The notes below the pieces were generated by a model. The model was given only the letters and a program-made list of their open reading frames with translations. It was not told the DNA's origin and did no database searches. From the NCBI GenBank assembly GCA_964236955.1, contig CAXSGP010000030.1, forward strand, positions 1 through 47,576: a stretch of 47,576 bases of DNA. Reading direction: 5' to 3'. Both the position numbers and the translations under genes were made by a program. This DNA is from an uncultured Oligoflexus sp. GTDB lineage: Bacteria > Bdellovibrionota_B > Oligoflexia > Oligoflexales > Oligoflexaceae. Below, piece after piece: positions 47,051-47,576 of this stretch (position 1 is its first letter; each line of letters opens with the position of its first letter).

Positions 47051-47473
47051 TTAGTGTATGGAGATGACCGCTATTTCATGCAAATCTTGAGGGTTGGCCT
47101 GGTCCGAATAGGATTTTGCCGAAAATTTTCCCGTGAATGAGTAGGCCGTTTCAAAATGTTCAGGATAATGGGGAAGCTTTTCAATGAGCCTCTCCGCATT
47201 ATAGACCACGGCCCATTGCCCTGCGATTTCAATCAAACATTGGGGCACAAAGGGAGGTCCAGGCTCATTTGCATATTCATCCTGCCAACAGCTCAGGCTG
47301 CCTTCGACTGCATAATTCATGGCGGTCTGCGGCACGATTTTATGAGCGGCCTTGAGTATATCCTGTGCCGGAACTTCCAAAGAATAGGCAGCAACTGCGA
47401 TAGCTGCTCGCGAAATGGCCGTAGGAATGCTTAGGGCCAATAGAACGCTCGAGCCCAGTAAAACATTTTTCAT
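47051..47473 (-). CDS. Hypothetical secreted protein
   Basis: AGGAG RBS, signal peptide MKNVLLGSSVLLAL, two Cys. Confidence 0.7.
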   Translation of the reverse strand: MKNVLLGSSVLLALSIPTAISRAAIAVAAYSLEVPAQDILKAAHKIVPQTAMNYAVEGSLSCWQDEYANEPGPPFVPQCLIEIAGQWAVVYNAERLIEKLPHYPEHFETAYSFTGKFSAKSYSDQANPQDLHEIAVISIH

Positions 47474-47523
47474 GGAAACTCCTATTGAGGCAGGTTGCAG
47501 GTATCTCGAATTTTTTTAAAGAC

Positions 47524-47576
47524 TAGGGGCTGTTGACGTTTGAGATAAGTGATTGAAAAGTACAGGCAAACTCGTA
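47524..47576. mobile_element. TA plus terminal inverted repeat of an insertion sequence extending beyond the right window edge
   Basis: TAGGGGCTGTTGACGTTTG (47524..47542) is the perfect reverse complement of 33..51. Confidence 0.65.

Noticed and set aside
1..47576. CRISPR array, tRNA or rRNA genes
   Set aside because: On reading I found no regularly spaced repeats with unique spacers, no cas-like ORFs and no convincing tRNA T-loop/cloverleaf or rRNA sequence.

Overview
A gene-dense bacterial chromosomal segment. Gene content and style (many lipoproteins, a membrane-bound CheA-like kinase, PA14 lipoproteins, orphan c-type cytochromes) suggest Bdellovibrionota/Oligoflexia, but this is inference only. 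The window is bounded by two ends of what looks like the same IS element (a perfect 19-bp inverted match, 33..51 and 47524..47542). From 1.1 to 13.2 kb it is mostly housekeeping: lipB, mtnB, a YrdC/YciO-family gene, hemE, two helical unknowns coupled to an acyl-CoA dehydrogenase, CAP and DUF2058 proteins, folD, an FAD-binding protein and an ABC-2 exporter. From 13.2 to 24.8 kb are a CheA-like kinase, a 4-CxxCH cytochrome lipoprotein, an orphan PstS, a PA14 lipoprotein, an MFS transporter and a pirin/LysR pair. The 24.8-29.1 kb stretch is a graveyard of mobile elements: an ExeA-like fragment, IS66 remnants, an intact Phd-VapC pair, a fused KfrA_N/TnpT, Tn3-transposase-tail and HTTM fragment, then an M23 peptidase and a DCC1-like gene. 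From 29 to 47.5 kb come a phosphatase, a FUSC transporter and a long run of exported proteins: a di-heme DHOR, a second PA14 protein, two MBL-fold hydrolases, a di-heme lipoprotein with a Cys-rich neighbour, PhoD, a PQQ dehydrogenase and a thioredoxin-like lipoprotein. I found no tRNA, rRNA or CRISPR array. The best candidates for undescribed biology are the three unrelated lipid-anchored c-type cytochromes (8 CxxCH motifs in total), all lacking their usual partner genes. All family calls come from motif recognition by eye; no database searches were run.
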